From: Mobula hypostoma
Taxonomy: Eukaryota
Direction of reading: 5' to 3'
Length of the DNA stretch: 64,000 bases
NCBI RefSeq assembly: GCF_963921235.1
Contig: NC_086107.1
Span: forward strand, 104,720,001-104,784,000
Made by a program: the position numbers and the translations under genes. Positions 11,851 to 23,962 of this stretch are shown one piece after another. The stretch's first letter is position 1. Each line of letters starts with the position of its first letter. The notes beneath the pieces are model-generated. The model worked only from the letters and a program-made list of their open reading frames with translations. It did not search any database and was not told the DNA's origin.

Positions 11851-13418
11851 TAGCCTTCAACAAAGCTCTTCACCAAAGGTGCTACCCCTCCCTGGACACC
11901 CCATACACCCCATACTTAATTGTGTGCCATTTTATAATAAAAAAGGACATAGAAACAGGAGTAGACCATATGGCTCCAGGTAATTGCTTTGCTATTCAGT
12001 AAAATTATGCAAATATGCTTGGTCTTTAACCTCAGAACTACGTCCCTGCATTAAATCTATATTCTGTGATTTCTGTTTTCAATATCCCTCGTCCTTGAGC
12101 AAGCACCACACTCTTAGTTAATTCCAAAAATTAACTGCCCCCAGGTGAAGAAATTTCTTCTCAACTGGTTTCTGAATTGCCATCCCATTATTCTGAGATG
12201 AATTCTGTACTTATTTTGTTACATTATAACACTGAACACTTCAATCAATTTGGTGTCAAACATTAAACAGGAACTTAGAAGTGTGTGACAGTGTATTAAG
12301 TGAAGGTAACAAGATATCACAGAACTATTAATGTTGGGAAAGCAAGAAGTAAGGAGGAAAGGCATTTTAAAAAAGAAAATTCCACTCTAGATGTTGAATA
12401 CAAAATCAAAAAATGGGTTGGAGGTATGTCTGGAGACAATTTTGCAATTAAGTTATTGGAACCTTTGGGCAGCTTTCCAAAATCAGTGCTATGGGCCAGT
12501 CAAAAATAGAAGTGGATTTGAGTGTAGCTAGTTATCTTTGTACTCCTTGTAAGTATACCCAATCTGACTGAGACTTTCACAGCATTCTAGTGTGATCGCC
12601 TAGGATGTAGTTATAGTTTATACCACTAGATGCTGCAGTTAATGGGGGGGAAAACACTTGAGAGAAATAGTCCTTGCAAAAGTGGAAGTTTTTAAAATGG
12701 CGCAAACAAATTTTTGAGAAGGAAAGACATAAATCTCCCACATTTTTTATGTCAGAGCTTTGAAAATAAGCAGGTTATTTGTTGATATTAGTGGGAAAAG
12801 GCGATTGATATAAATCCCATTATTCTTTGCTTAAGCTGATTGTAACTCATATCAACTTTTTTTTGAAGATTTGTCACATTTCAGATAGAAATTGCCCTTG
12901 CTATTGCATAGGCGGAAGCTGGCAACTTTTTAAGTAGCATTAAGCTGTTTTCATATCAACCTGTAAGGAAAATGATCATGAATTTATAAAAGTAGTTTGT
13001 TCAAATTAAGATTTTAACTGAAATAGTAATTCATTATTTAATTAAGTGTTGTTATGGAAATTACTAATTTTCCAGCAAAGATTTGCATCTTAAATGACAT
13101 TTCATTACATAAAAGTGAGCCTTTGGCATTATGAAGTGCTTATGAATGCGGAAGGGCTTTTAAAAGGTACACTCTTAAAACACTAAATAGTTTTGTAATG
13201 GCCTGCTGAACCCCTGTATCTATGTGCATATATGGAGCAATATCGTTTGAACAAGGAAATAGCAAAAAGCTTGGTGCTTATGGAGCCATGAATCAGCATC
13301 TTCACAAAATTGGGATATTGTCCAAGAAACTTAAATGGGCATGCTTCATTATATAATTTGTTTGTTACAGTATTCAATGTGGTGCAGTATGAAGCTAGTG
13401 TACTGTTCTTTTCTCTAG

Positions 13419-13466
13419 GATTCAGCACTGGAGTTCAAAGATTGTACAGAGCGGTGTGACTTCATG
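13419..13466 (+). other. Candidate 48-nt exon of an unidentified host gene
   Basis: Acceptor TGTTCTTTTCTCTAG|, donor ATG|GTAAGA. Length is a multiple of 3 (phase 0 DSALEFKDCTERCDFM). Lies in TE-poor sequence. Confidence 0.45.
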
Positions 13467-14007
13467 GTAAGAAAGCTTATAGTTTCTACAGGGAGCTTTA
13501 ACTTAGTGTCAGCAATTTTTGGTGTCACAGGTTAATTTTACTTATGACCATATTTAAGAGAATTTCATGGTAGCTCTTGCAATAGATCCAAAGCCATTTC
13601 ATCCATCACTTAACTCTTACATTAAGTTCAAAGTCATTTCTGCATAGATTATTTGGATTCTTTATCCAAAGAATATATTGCTTACAAAATAATGGAAACA
13701 AAATCTTCAAAATGATGATCGTTGACTCTATTGCCCCTTAAAATCTTACTGGAACCACTCTTAATTTATTTCATTTCCCCAATAAAATCTAGGGTGCTGC
13801 ATGTTATTTCTGTGGCAAAACTGTTAAGTAAATTACAGAATTTTTTATCTTGAATCAGTTGTCAGCATTTTTAATTTGATACATTGGTACTCAAGCTTAA
13901 ATAAGTTTTGCCTCCCATCTTAATGGTGATGGTTGTGAAATGTTTAAAATAAACAGGAGCCCCGCAGAAGTATTTCAAATTTCAGAATTTGTGAGGGACC
14001 AATGAGG

Positions 14008-14146
14008 TTCCTGATGAAGTGTCTCTGCCTGAAACATTGACTGTACTCTTTTCCATAGGTGCTGCCTGGCCTGCTGACATTCCTCTAGCAGTTTGTGTTG
14101 TATTGCTTTGATTTCCAGCATCTGCAGATTTTCTCTTGTTTGTGAT
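14008..14146 (+). mobile_element. Short old Penelope terminus with hammerhead motif and tail
   Basis: CTGATGAAGTGTCTCTGCCTGAAACATTGACTG...TTCCAGCATCTGCAGATTTTCTCTTGTTTG. Confidence 0.75.
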
Positions 14147-14329
14147 TGGACACCCTTGTCATAGACATTTTACTGATACAGCATCGCCCCTTCTGAACCT
14201 GCCCTTGTCCTCCTTGGTCATAGGTTTGGGAAGGGCTATTGCAGTACCAAAGGCAGGTGACTACATTGCATTTCAAAGGGAATGAATATTTAACAAGGTA
14301 AATGGAGTGCCAGTCTAATAGGCTGCTTG

Positions 14330-14600
14330 TTCTGTACAGTGTTGCTTATTTTGAAAGTTTTTGGTGTTGCATTCATCCAGGTAAGTGAAAAGTATTCCAT
14401 CACACTCTTGATTCATGCCTTGTTGGTGGTGAAATTTGTGAGGAACATCATGAGATGAGATATTTGGCCAACCTCTCAACTGATCTTTTAGTGCTGGTAA
14501 TTGTGTGGCAAGGCCCTTTGAATTTCTGATCAATAGTGACTGCTAGGGTATTGATGGCATTGAAATCAAGATTGATAATACCATTGAATGTCAAGGAACA
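14330..14600 (-). mobile_element. Ancient LINE RT fragment (CR1 group)
   Basis: The - strand gives KA*IKSVMEYFSLTW (YKAQVRSVMEY-like). Probably related decayed pieces lie near 15160-15500, 31480-31900 and 42800-43520. Confidence 0.45.
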
Positions 14601-14727
14601 GGCTTAGAGATAGGAGCACTCCCTTCAGCCAACCAACTTGATGCCATCCATCATGTGCCCATTTGTACTAATCTTATGCCAATCTCATTTTATTCTCCCC
14701 ACATTCCTATAAACCTACCATATCTTT

Positions 14728-15010
14728 TGGTAGTGTAGCAATCAGTATAACGATTTACAGCTGCCGCTATAAAATCGGAGTTCAATCCTTGCCACTGTCT
14801 ATGGGGTTTGTATGTGCTCTGGTTTCCTCTCACATTCTAAAGATGTACAATTAGGATTAGTAAGTTATGGGCATGCAGTGTTGGTGATTGAAGCGCTGCT
14901 GCCAATTGCGGGCTGTCACCAACATATCTCAGACCAAGTTGGTTGTTGACACAAACAGTGCATATCATGGTATGTTTCTAAATTAAATGTATATGTAACA
15001 AATAAACCTA
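14728..15010 (+). mobile_element. tRNA-derived SINE (V-SINE/HE1-like)
   Basis: B-box GGAGTTCAATCC followed by V-domain-like TTTGTATGTGCTC...GGTTTCCTCTCACATTCTAAAGATGT. Confidence 0.65.
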
Positions 15011-15024
15011 ACTTTAATATTAAA

Positions 15025-15140
15025 AGAGGAAACTTGCGCAGTCATGGGGAGAGCATGCAATCTCCCCTCAGATGGCACTGGAAACCATGATTGAACCAGG
15101 CTGCATGATCTGTGAGGCAACAGCTCTACTAACTGCACCC
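15025..15140 (-). mobile_element. tRNA-derived SINE head (V-SINE-like)
   Basis: - strand GGTGCAGTTAGTAGAGCTG...GGTTCAATC...TTGCATGCTCTCCCCATGACTGCG. Confidence 0.6.
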
Positions 15141-15589
15141 CACTCTTGCTTTTGTTCAGCATAGACTTTCCTTTGAAAGTGCTTATTGCCTGGCACTTGT
15201 TGCAAATGTACTGTATTTCTTGCCACTTATCCTGTGCCAAAATGTTACATTGGAGGTCTTCTTGCATATAGGCATGGCTGCTTTATTTGCTGAGAAGTTG
15301 CCAAAAGTCTTGGACATTTTGCAGTCATCAGTGAACATCACTTCTGACTTTGCAGTTGCAAGGAGGTTACTGATGAAGCAGCTGAATATGATTAGGCTTA
15401 GGACACTCTGCCCTAAGGACCTTCTGAAGTGATATGCTGGGGCTTGGTGTTAACCTCCAGCAATCACATCCACCCTCATTTATGGGAAGTAGGAATCCAA
15501 CTATCCATTTGCTTTAATTTAATTTTAATCAGAATGCCTTTATGCTGTATTTGTTCATAAAAATTGCTGATAGTAAGATTTCTCTTACT

Positions 15590-15703
15590 ATCTCTTCTTT
15601 CAGTTAGTCCTGACAAAGGGTCTCGGCCCAAAATGTTGGCTGTACCTCTTTCTATAGATGCTGCCTAGCCTGCTGCATTCACCAGCAATTTTCATGTGTG
15701 TTA
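15590..15703 (+). mobile_element. Short Penelope terminus with mutated hammerhead
   Basis: CAGTTAGTCCTGACAAAGGGTCTCGGCCCAAAATGTTGGCTG...GTGTGTT; no tail. Confidence 0.8.
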
Positions 15704-17514
15704 GTTGAGAAGTCTTCTGCTTTTATTATGGAAGAATTGGTTAGCGGAAATTCAGTTTCCTACATTTTCACTGTCCAGTAGCCAGTAGTGTGTTACACAC
15801 TATTTTAAAATCAGACCCCAATTCTAACCTTTTAAAACAGGCACAAGATCTGACATGGAATATTGACTCGCTAATAAAACCTTTAGAGATTTGGATGAAG
15901 TTTCTTGATGTTGAACATGCCTACTGCCTAGCACGTGTTGACGCTGACAGAATTGTTATATCCCAAGGTCAAGATAAACCATGGGTCTCTCAGTCCCAAT
16001 CCTAATTTGAATAATTGCATGTAAACATGTTGAGTTAGTTAATGTGTCTAATTGCATTAAAATCATTGCACTAGCAATCAGGCTTCAGCACCCTGACATC
16101 TTGCTCTTTTGTAGCCTGATTTGCATTGTTATAGGTCAAACAGGAAGTTGCCTGTGCATCCAACTGGCATTGGTGCTGAATGCCTGTTTAGAAGTGCATA
16201 ATTGGTGTAACTAGATTTCATCCTTGTAATATCTTGATAGTCAGGCAACCCTACCAGTCATCCTCTGCCCGCTTTGTGTTCATCTTGATATTTGTATTCT
16301 CTGGCTGCAAAGTGTTAAGTAGATAAGTGTAAAGTTCTGATTGGTGTAATTATGATATTCTGTCCAATGTTATAAAATATTCTTCAGGAAAGAGAAAACT
16401 ATGAAGATAAAGAGCTTTTAGATTGTGAAAGAGCTTGATAACACACTGGGAAGATATTTGCACCTGTGTGCAGATGTATTAAGGATAAATGGGATAAGTA
16501 TTTCAGAAATCATGTTACTCTGTGGGAGGTTAGAATGCGCAAGTTCCAACCAAATAGATTTTTTTTCCTTTCTGAAACAAAGGTGTGACGATTGAATGCA
16601 AGACCAACCTCTATTGCCCACCTCTAATTTTCCTCTATAAAGTGTGAACTTCAGCTGCTGCGGTCAATATGGTAAATATGCTCCCATGGTGGTACTTGTG
16701 GTAGTGAAGTGTATGTCAGATTTATTATTATTTCTTTTTGTATTTGCTCAGATTGATTGGGGGCAGTCTTTCATTGATTCTATTGTTTCTTATATTTACT
16801 GTGAATGCCCACAAGAAAATGAATCTCAGGGTTGTGCATGTATTTGATAATAAATTTACTTTGAAGTTTGTAATTTAATCATATGCCTTGGAGGAAATGG
16901 TGTACACATGCCTTTGTTGTCTTTGTCCTTAGATAAAGAACTTGAGAATTCAGGAACTATTTACGAAAAAGTCATGACACTTTACTGTTCACCTCATTGC
17001 TGCTGTGCACAGTAAAAGGTGCACAATTGGAGGATGTGACATTTTAAAATAGTGGAAACATTTCTTCTCTCAGAGTTAAGAATATTTGAAATTCTCACTC
17101 CAGAAGTTTCTGAGTTCTCAGTTGTTGAATATAGGGATTACTGAGATTGATTGGTATTTGGATGCCAAGAAGAATCTCGGGGCATAGACATAAGGAAGTA
17201 GAGTTGTACTAAAGATCAACTTCTGTCTCATTAATTAAGATGCTTGAAGGATTGGATAGCTTTTGCTCTTTTGATGAGTTATGCCTTGAAGAAGAGGGAG
17301 ACTGATGCAAGTTAAGATAAATAAAAGTATTTGAAGGGAAGCTAGATAAATGCTTGAAGGACAAAGCATGAGAGACAGAATATGTTGATGAGTTGGTGGA
17401 GGTTTCTCTTAAGCATAGACCAATTGGACTGACTGGTCTGTTCCTGTGTAGCAATTCATTGTACATTCAGTTCAAAAGTCTGCTTTGACTTCGAGCACAA
17501 TCAGTATTTTCAAA

Positions 17515-18290
17515 TGTACCGCAAGGGTGATGAGGTAGAGACGGTTGAGTACTTCAAGTTCCTAGGAGTGAAACAACAATAGACTTGGTCCAATCACGTT
17601 GACACCATGGGCAAGGAAAGTCACCCGCACCTCTATTTCTCAGGTGGCTAAAGAAATGTGGTCCGTCCCCTTAGATCCTCTCTTTTTTTTATCGATACAC
17701 CATAGCAATAGCCCTCTCAGGATACATTGTGGCTTGGTATGACAACTGTGCTGCCCTTGCCTGCAAGAAACTTCAGAGAGTGTGCAACGCAACTCAGTGG
17801 CTCACAGAAACCAGCCCCCACTCCATAGACCCTGTACATTTCTCACTGTCTCTGTAAAGCAGCCAGCATAATCAAAGACTCCACCCAGTCCAGACATTTT
17901 TTTTAATTCTCCCCCCTCTCATCGGGTAGTAGATTTAAAACCCTGAAAGCACGTATGACCAGGCTCAAGTACAGCTTCTATCTTGCTGTTATAAGACTAT
18001 TGAATAGTCTCCTAGTGCGATAAAATGGACTCATAATCTCAGAGTCTACCTTGTGCCTTATGCCTTATTGTCTACATGCTCTGCGCATAATCTCAGAGTC
18101 TACCTTGTGCCTTATGCCTTATTGTCTACATGCCCTGCACTTTCTCTGTAATTGTAACACTTTATTCTGCTTTCTGTTATTGTTTTACCCATACATCCTC
18201 AATGTACCGTTGTAATGAATTGATCTGTATGAATGGAATGCAAGGCAAGATTTTCACTGCACATGTGATAATTTTGAAATTCTATACCAT
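17515..18290 (+). mobile_element. Old Rex1-like LINE 3' part with a 54-bp tandem duplication
   Basis: VETVEYFKFLGV motif. Duplicated units at 18032-18085 and 18086-18139. Confidence 0.7.
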
Positions 18291-18816
18291 TTGCAAATGG
18301 CAACTGTACTATTTAAGAAAGGGACACCTGTAAATTAGAGACTAGTTAGGTGAACATCTGTGACCAGGGAATTACTAGAATTTATAATTAAGGATAGAGT
18401 TACTGAATAGCTTCAAATTTTTCATTTGATTAGGAAGAGCTAGTGTTGATACCTGATGAACTGATTTGAATTTTTGTAGAAGGTTATAAAATTTATTTGA
18501 AAGGAAATTTCTGTTTTCATTATTCTTATGGATTTCCTGAAGGGTTTTGATTAAGCTCTCCAATGTTTAGTTGAAGTTGAAAGCACTGGAATATAAGACT
18601 TTGATTTTAAGTTGGTTGAGTTGCATGAGACAGCAGGTATAATAGGAAGATACAAAGTGATTAATGGTGTCTTGTGATATGTTGAGGTTGCCAACTGTCC
18701 ATAAGCCACTTGGATAACAGAGCAGAAAGCCATATATTCTAATTTGCCAGTAGACAGACTACAAAAGTAATGTGGGTGGAAACTTTAAATCAGAAGATAT
18801 CAATTAACCAAGTAAA

Positions 18817-19082
18817 AGGAAAGGTACGTCGCATCCGGAGTTTCTCCGGTAAGCGGACAATTTCCCTCCATGCCTTTTTGACATGGTGGGGAACCGCGTA
18901 CAAGGCAAGTTACAGCAGTGGTTTGCCATTGCCTTCTGCCGGGTGAGTTTCCAAAGAGATCACCAGCTCGTAACCCAGCACGGACAGAAAGCGTGCAGAG
19001 GAGCCGGCTGGAGCTGGATTTGAACTCGGAACCTTTCGTCCCGAAGTCCAACGCTGATGCCACTATGACACCAGCCGGGTCA
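18817..19082 (-). mobile_element. Full-length tRNA-derived SINE with RTE-like tail
   Basis: - strand A-box-like GTCATAGTGG, B-box GAGTTCAAATCC and tail motif GAAGGCAATGGCAAACCACT. 15-bp TSD AATTAACCAAGTAAA (18802-18816, 19083-19097). Confidence 0.85.
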
Positions 19083-19165
19083 AATTAACCAAGTAAATGA
19101 GAAAAATTTGCAAGTGAATTTAATGCAGGTAAATATAAAAACGTTCAAGATGACATTTCAATGTA

Positions 19166-19962
19166 CAGTGGATCCTGGTTAATTGGGACGCATCAGGACT
19201 AGTAGATTTTGGCCCAATTAAGCAACTGTCCCAATTAGCCAAAGTTTCACAGAGACAGTTAAAAAGGTATAAAAAAAGACAAGCTACCATTTAACTGCAA
19301 CAAATTATGTATTTAAATGAAATAGAGAACAAATTAGAACATTGCCAATACTAGTACAGTACTACAAAACTATATTAGTTCCTAATAGTTATCAACAGAG
19401 GAATTTGTCCAGTGTGCATAGCCATGTTGTTTTGATTGACTGTAAATGAACAAAATCAACGTAGACACCTGGTACAGATAATGGACAGCCTTCATACAAT
19501 ACTTTTGATGATTGCATCCTCCAAATCTCCCTTTTATTATAACATTCAAGATTGTTGTTATCTTCAACTTCTTCATATTTCTTAACTTGAAATAGTGAAA
19601 TTGTTTCATTATTCACTCAGCGCCAGTTCAGGCATCTCAAAGCCAGAAACTACAGTGAGCAAAACAGTTTGGAACTGTTTTTCCTGCTTATTTCTCACTA
19701 TCAGTGACAAATATCACTGCGTTTTGACCGCAAACATTCATAACTGATGCTATTTAAAAACTTTTCACTCTAAGCGTGGTGTAGTGGCTAGCGGCCATTC
19801 AAGTGCAAGCAAATGAAGCTAGTTGGAAACTGTTCAGCAAGTCTCCTGACCCAATTAAATGATGGAAATCCTGGCTATTTTCTCAATTTTTGTTCTTTAA
19901 GAGTAGTTCTAAATAAGTGGCCGCCCTGATTAGCCAAAGGCCCAATTAACCAGAATCCTCTG
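19166..19962. mobile_element. Tc1/mariner-superfamily (pogo/Tigger-like) non-autonomous element
   Basis: TIRs CAGTGGATCCTGGTTAATTGGG / CCCAATTAACCAGAATCCTCTG, TA on the left flank, and subterminal CCCAATTA repeats. Confidence 0.75.
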
Positions 19963-20369
19963 AATTTTCTAAATGACAAACTGTGAGGGGAAGGAGAACA
20001 TTACAGATTTAGTAGAAAACCAACAATACTTTAAATCCATATACATCATTAAATGTCATGAGCTGGTTTAGAAAATGACCAGAAAAACAATTAGAAATTG
20101 GTCCAGGTGACTTAATGCAAGACCCAAAAGCGGAACTCTTACTCTAATTGAATGGGAATTCTTGTGAACTCCAACTCCACTATTCCATGCAAAGAACACC
20201 CAGAATATTGCTGGCAGAGATTGGGACTTCATGAAGCTTATAGGTCCTTGCATGGGTATACCAATGCTGTTCTCTGCAGAATCATTGGCAAAACTTTGCA
20301 AAATCTGACTTGAAACCTGACAGGCACATCAAGGTAGGTATTTGGAAGGAAAACTACCAAATTGGCATT

Positions 20370-21370
20370 GAGTATTGCAGCACAGAAAAAGGCCATTTAG
20401 CCAAAATATCTAGGTTCCCCATCAAATACCTATCTATGCTAATCCTTTATACCAGTACTTAGTCAGTAGCCTTCTGTACCTTGGTGATTCAAGATGTATT
20501 TTAAATGTACAGGTACCTGTCTCCACCACAGGCTATGGTTTCCAGAATCCAAACACAGTGGGGGAAAAAATATCCTCAAATCCCTTCTAACCTCATATCT
20601 CACCTTAAAATTATAGCTTCTGGTTTAAAATTTTTCCTTTAAAGGAAAAGATTCTCACGCTATTCACCCTGTTTGTGCCCTTCATACACGTATACCAGGT
20701 CCTCCTTCAGCCTACTCTGTTTCAAGGAAAACAAACCCAATCTATGGCAGCACACATAAAAGTTGCTGGTGAATGCAGCAGGCCAGGCAGCATCTCTAGG
20801 AAGAGGTACATTCGACGTTTCGGGCCGAGACCCTTCGTCAGGACTAACTTTTAGTTAGTCCTGACGAAGGGTCTCAGCCCAAAACGTCGACTGTACCTCT
20901 TTCTAGAGATGCTGCCTGGCCTGCTGCATTCACCAGCAACTTTTATGTGTGTTGCTTGAAATTCCAGCATCTGTAGATTTCCTCGTGTTTGTGTTTTTAA
21001 ACCCAACCTATGCAGTCTTTTCATGTAACTGAAACATTCCAACTCCAGGTAACAGTCTGGTAAATCTCCAGTGCATTCATTTAGTATATTGTGGTGACCA
21101 GAACTGCATCTGAATACTCTGGCTGTGACCTAACCAAAGTTTTATAAAGTTGTATTATGAACTCCATGCTTTTATATCTGAATAATGAAAGGCAGCATTC
21201 CTTGTGTCTTCACTACCTATATTTACCTCTGCTGCTGTCTTAGAGATCCATGGGCTTGTATATCAAAGTTCCTTTGCTCTTAAGTACTCCTGAGGCTCCT
21301 AGCATTCTTAATGATGATCCTTAGACCTCCCAAGATGTACCTCTGGCACTTTGCAGGATTAAATTCAGTC
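20370..21370 (-). mobile_element. Old CR1 LINE 3' portion
   Basis: CR1-like C-terminal remnants on the - strand (QFWSPQY, ECFSYMKRLHRLGL); hosts the Penelope palindrome. Confidence 0.65.
20747..20998. mobile_element. Short Penelope insertion forming a palindrome of two hammerhead units
   Basis: Arms 20747-20849 and 20853-20955 around TTT, with a tail on the right arm only. TSD AAACCCAA(T/C)CTATG (20733-20746, 20999-21012). Confidence 0.9.
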
Positions 21371-22502
21371 TTATAGTTCTCGTGAAAAGCTACCAAATGA
21401 GATTTAAAAATACTTGTTGACATCTGTACAGCTGGCAAGGCTACATCTTGACTGTATTGAGTTATAGATTGTCATGCAATTAGAGTTCTATGTACAGCAG
21501 ATCAGAAAATGACCCTTTCCCAGAGAGCATCAGTGATTTTAGATATAGATGTATAAAGATATATATATATTTATTATCTTTCATAAATACTTTTTATGGT
21601 ACCATCTCTAAAGTTACTAGATTCATTGTAATCTTTTTCAACTCTTTGGGACACTTATCCAACAATGTACCAGCAAGTCAGAGAAAAACTGTGTGATCCT
21701 CTACTTTGGATGTTTGTGGTAGACAGCCAAATTAGCAAATGGATGGAACAAACTAATGATCATCTCTATTTTCAATGGTGCTGTCAAATGCAAAATGTTC
21801 AAAGTTCCTCCATTGCCCCACCATTTTTGTCAAATTTTGTTCACTATCACCTCTGAAATTTCTTATGATCAACTAATTTAAAAGTAATAAATGCTAACTG
21901 TAAATAAATTTGCTTCCATCATTCTCAGAAATCATAACATCTTTTAAAAATTAACAAAAAAAATCCTTTCTCTAAGTTTGTGGTACTTCTACTGATCACC
22001 TTAATTCTGTCTCTTATATATTTAATTTACTTCCATTGGAACAATTCAACTTTGGTAAAACTCTTCTGTCTTTTTCTAATATCTTGCCGTTCTTTGGTGA
22101 CACCCAGAACTGAAAGCACTCTGTTTGAAGTTTAACAGGTGTTAAATATGTTGTGCAACTTCCTTGCTTCTATATTATTTCCTTGTTAATTTGTTTAAGG
22201 AAAGTTATGTGTGTTATTGGAAATAGTATGAATCAGGAACAGGAAGACTACTCTAAGCCAGGGGTCCCCAACCTTATTTACACTGCGGACCGGTTTATTA
22301 TTGACAATATTCTTGTGGACTGGCCAACCGGCGGGGCGGGGGGCGGGGTAGGGTTGCCAACGGACAAGAGTAGCAGTCAAGTACGTTGTTTACCCCCGAG
22401 AAAGACTACAATGACTATGAAGCCTTGTGTGGTACATGCGCATGCGTGTATGTGCCGATTTTTTTTCTACAAATCATTTTTGGCGATTCTGTTTGGGGGG
22501 GT

Positions 22503-23597
22503 TGTTGCTGCTCTGCTGGGGGAGAAGCTGACAGCGATGCAAGTGGATGCTTCCCTGGTATCATGGATTCTTGACTACCTGACTGGTAGACCACAGTACA
22601 TGTGCTTGCAACACTGTGTGTCCAACAGAGTGATCAGCAGCAGTGGGGCTCTACAGGGGACAGTCTTGTCTCCCTTTCTCTTCACCATTTACACCTCGGA
22701 CTTCAACTACTGCACAGAGTCTTGTCATCTTCAGAAAATTTCGGATGACTCTGCCATAGTTGGATGCATCAGCAAGGGAGATGAGGCTGAGTACAGGGCT
22801 ACGATAGGAAACTTTGTCACATGGTGTGAGCAGAATTATCTGCAGTTTAATGTGAAAAAGACTAAGGAGCTGGTGGTAGACCTGAGGAGAGCTAAGGTAC
22901 CGGTGACCCCTGTTTCCATCCAGGGGCTCAGTGTGGACATGGTGGAGGATTACAAATACCTGGGGATACGAATTGACAATAAACTGGACTGGTCAAAGAA
23001 CACTGAGGCTGTCTACAAGAAGGGTCAGAGCCGTCTCTATTTCCTGAGGAGACTGAGGTCCTTTAACATCTGCCGGACGATGCTGAGGATGTTCTACGAG
23101 TCTGTGGTGGCCAGTGCTATCATGTTTGCTGTTGTGTTCTGGGGCAGCAGGCTGAGGGTAGCAGACACCAACAGAATCAACAAGCTTATTCGTAAGGCCA
23201 GTGATGTTGTGGGGATGGAACTGGACTCTCTCACGGTGGTGTCTGAAAAGAGGATGCTGTCTAAGTTGCATGCCATCTTAAACGATGTCTCCCATCCACT
23301 ACATAATGTACTGGGTGGGCACAGGAGTACATTCAGCCAGAGACTCATTCCACCGAGATGCAGCACAGAGCATCATAGGAAGTCATTCTTGCCTGTGGCC
23401 ATCAAACTTTACATCTCCTCCCTTGGAGGGTCAGACACCCTGAGCCAATAGGCTGGTCCTGGACTTATTTCATAATTTACTGGCATAATTTACATATTAC
23501 TATTTAACTATTTATGGTTCTATTACTATTTATTATTTATGGTGCAACTGTAACGAAAACCAATTTCCTCCGGGATCAATAAAGTATGGCTATGATA
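22503..23597 (+). mobile_element. Young 5'-truncated Rex1/Babar LINE nested in Charlie copy 2
   Basis: Open RT frame from ALLGEKL to the stop at 23451 (WILDYLTGRPQ, QGTVLSPFLF, SDDSAIVG). 3' end GATCAATAAAGTATGGCTATGA. Confidence 0.93.
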
Positions 23598-23730
23598 TTA
23601 ATCACGACCGGAATATAGGTGGTAAGTGGCGAATACACTCAGTTTTGTTTCTAAAAGGGTTTATCTAACATATTTAATATTAAATACACAGCCCATATTT
23701 TCCTCACATGAATATAGTGATAAGTCAATC

Positions 23731-23962
23731 ATCGGGGAGGACAGGGGAGCTTGAAGTAAGTGTTGAACAAACTTCCAGTAGAAGTGGTAGAGGCAGGTTC
23801 GAAATTATTATTTAAAGAAAAATTGGATAGGTATATGGACAGGAAAGGAATGGAGGGTTATGGGCTGAGTGCAGGTCGGTGGGACTAGGTGAGAGTAGTG
23901 TTCGGCATGGACTAGAGGGGCAGAGATCGCCTGTTTCCGTGCTGTAATTGTTATATGGTTTT
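23731..23962 (+). mobile_element. CR1 3' end nested in Charlie copy 2
   Basis: GAAGTGGTAGAGGCAGG...TTGGATAGGTATATGGACAGG...CCTGTTTCCGTGCTGTAA, flanked by ATAAGTCAAT on both sides. Confidence 0.8.

Noticed and set aside
12620..12637. CTCF-like CCACTAGATGCTGC
   Set aside because: The GGC core is mismatched, so it is too weak to call.
19010..19082. tRNA gene
   Set aside because: It has A/B boxes but is the head of a TSD-flanked SINE, and I see no convincing cloverleaf.
22153..23451. 432-aa ORF as a host or domesticated gene
   Set aside because: It is a chance read-through from flank and Charlie DNA into a 5'-truncated Rex1 RT, with a non-ATG start and the N-terminal RT motifs missing.
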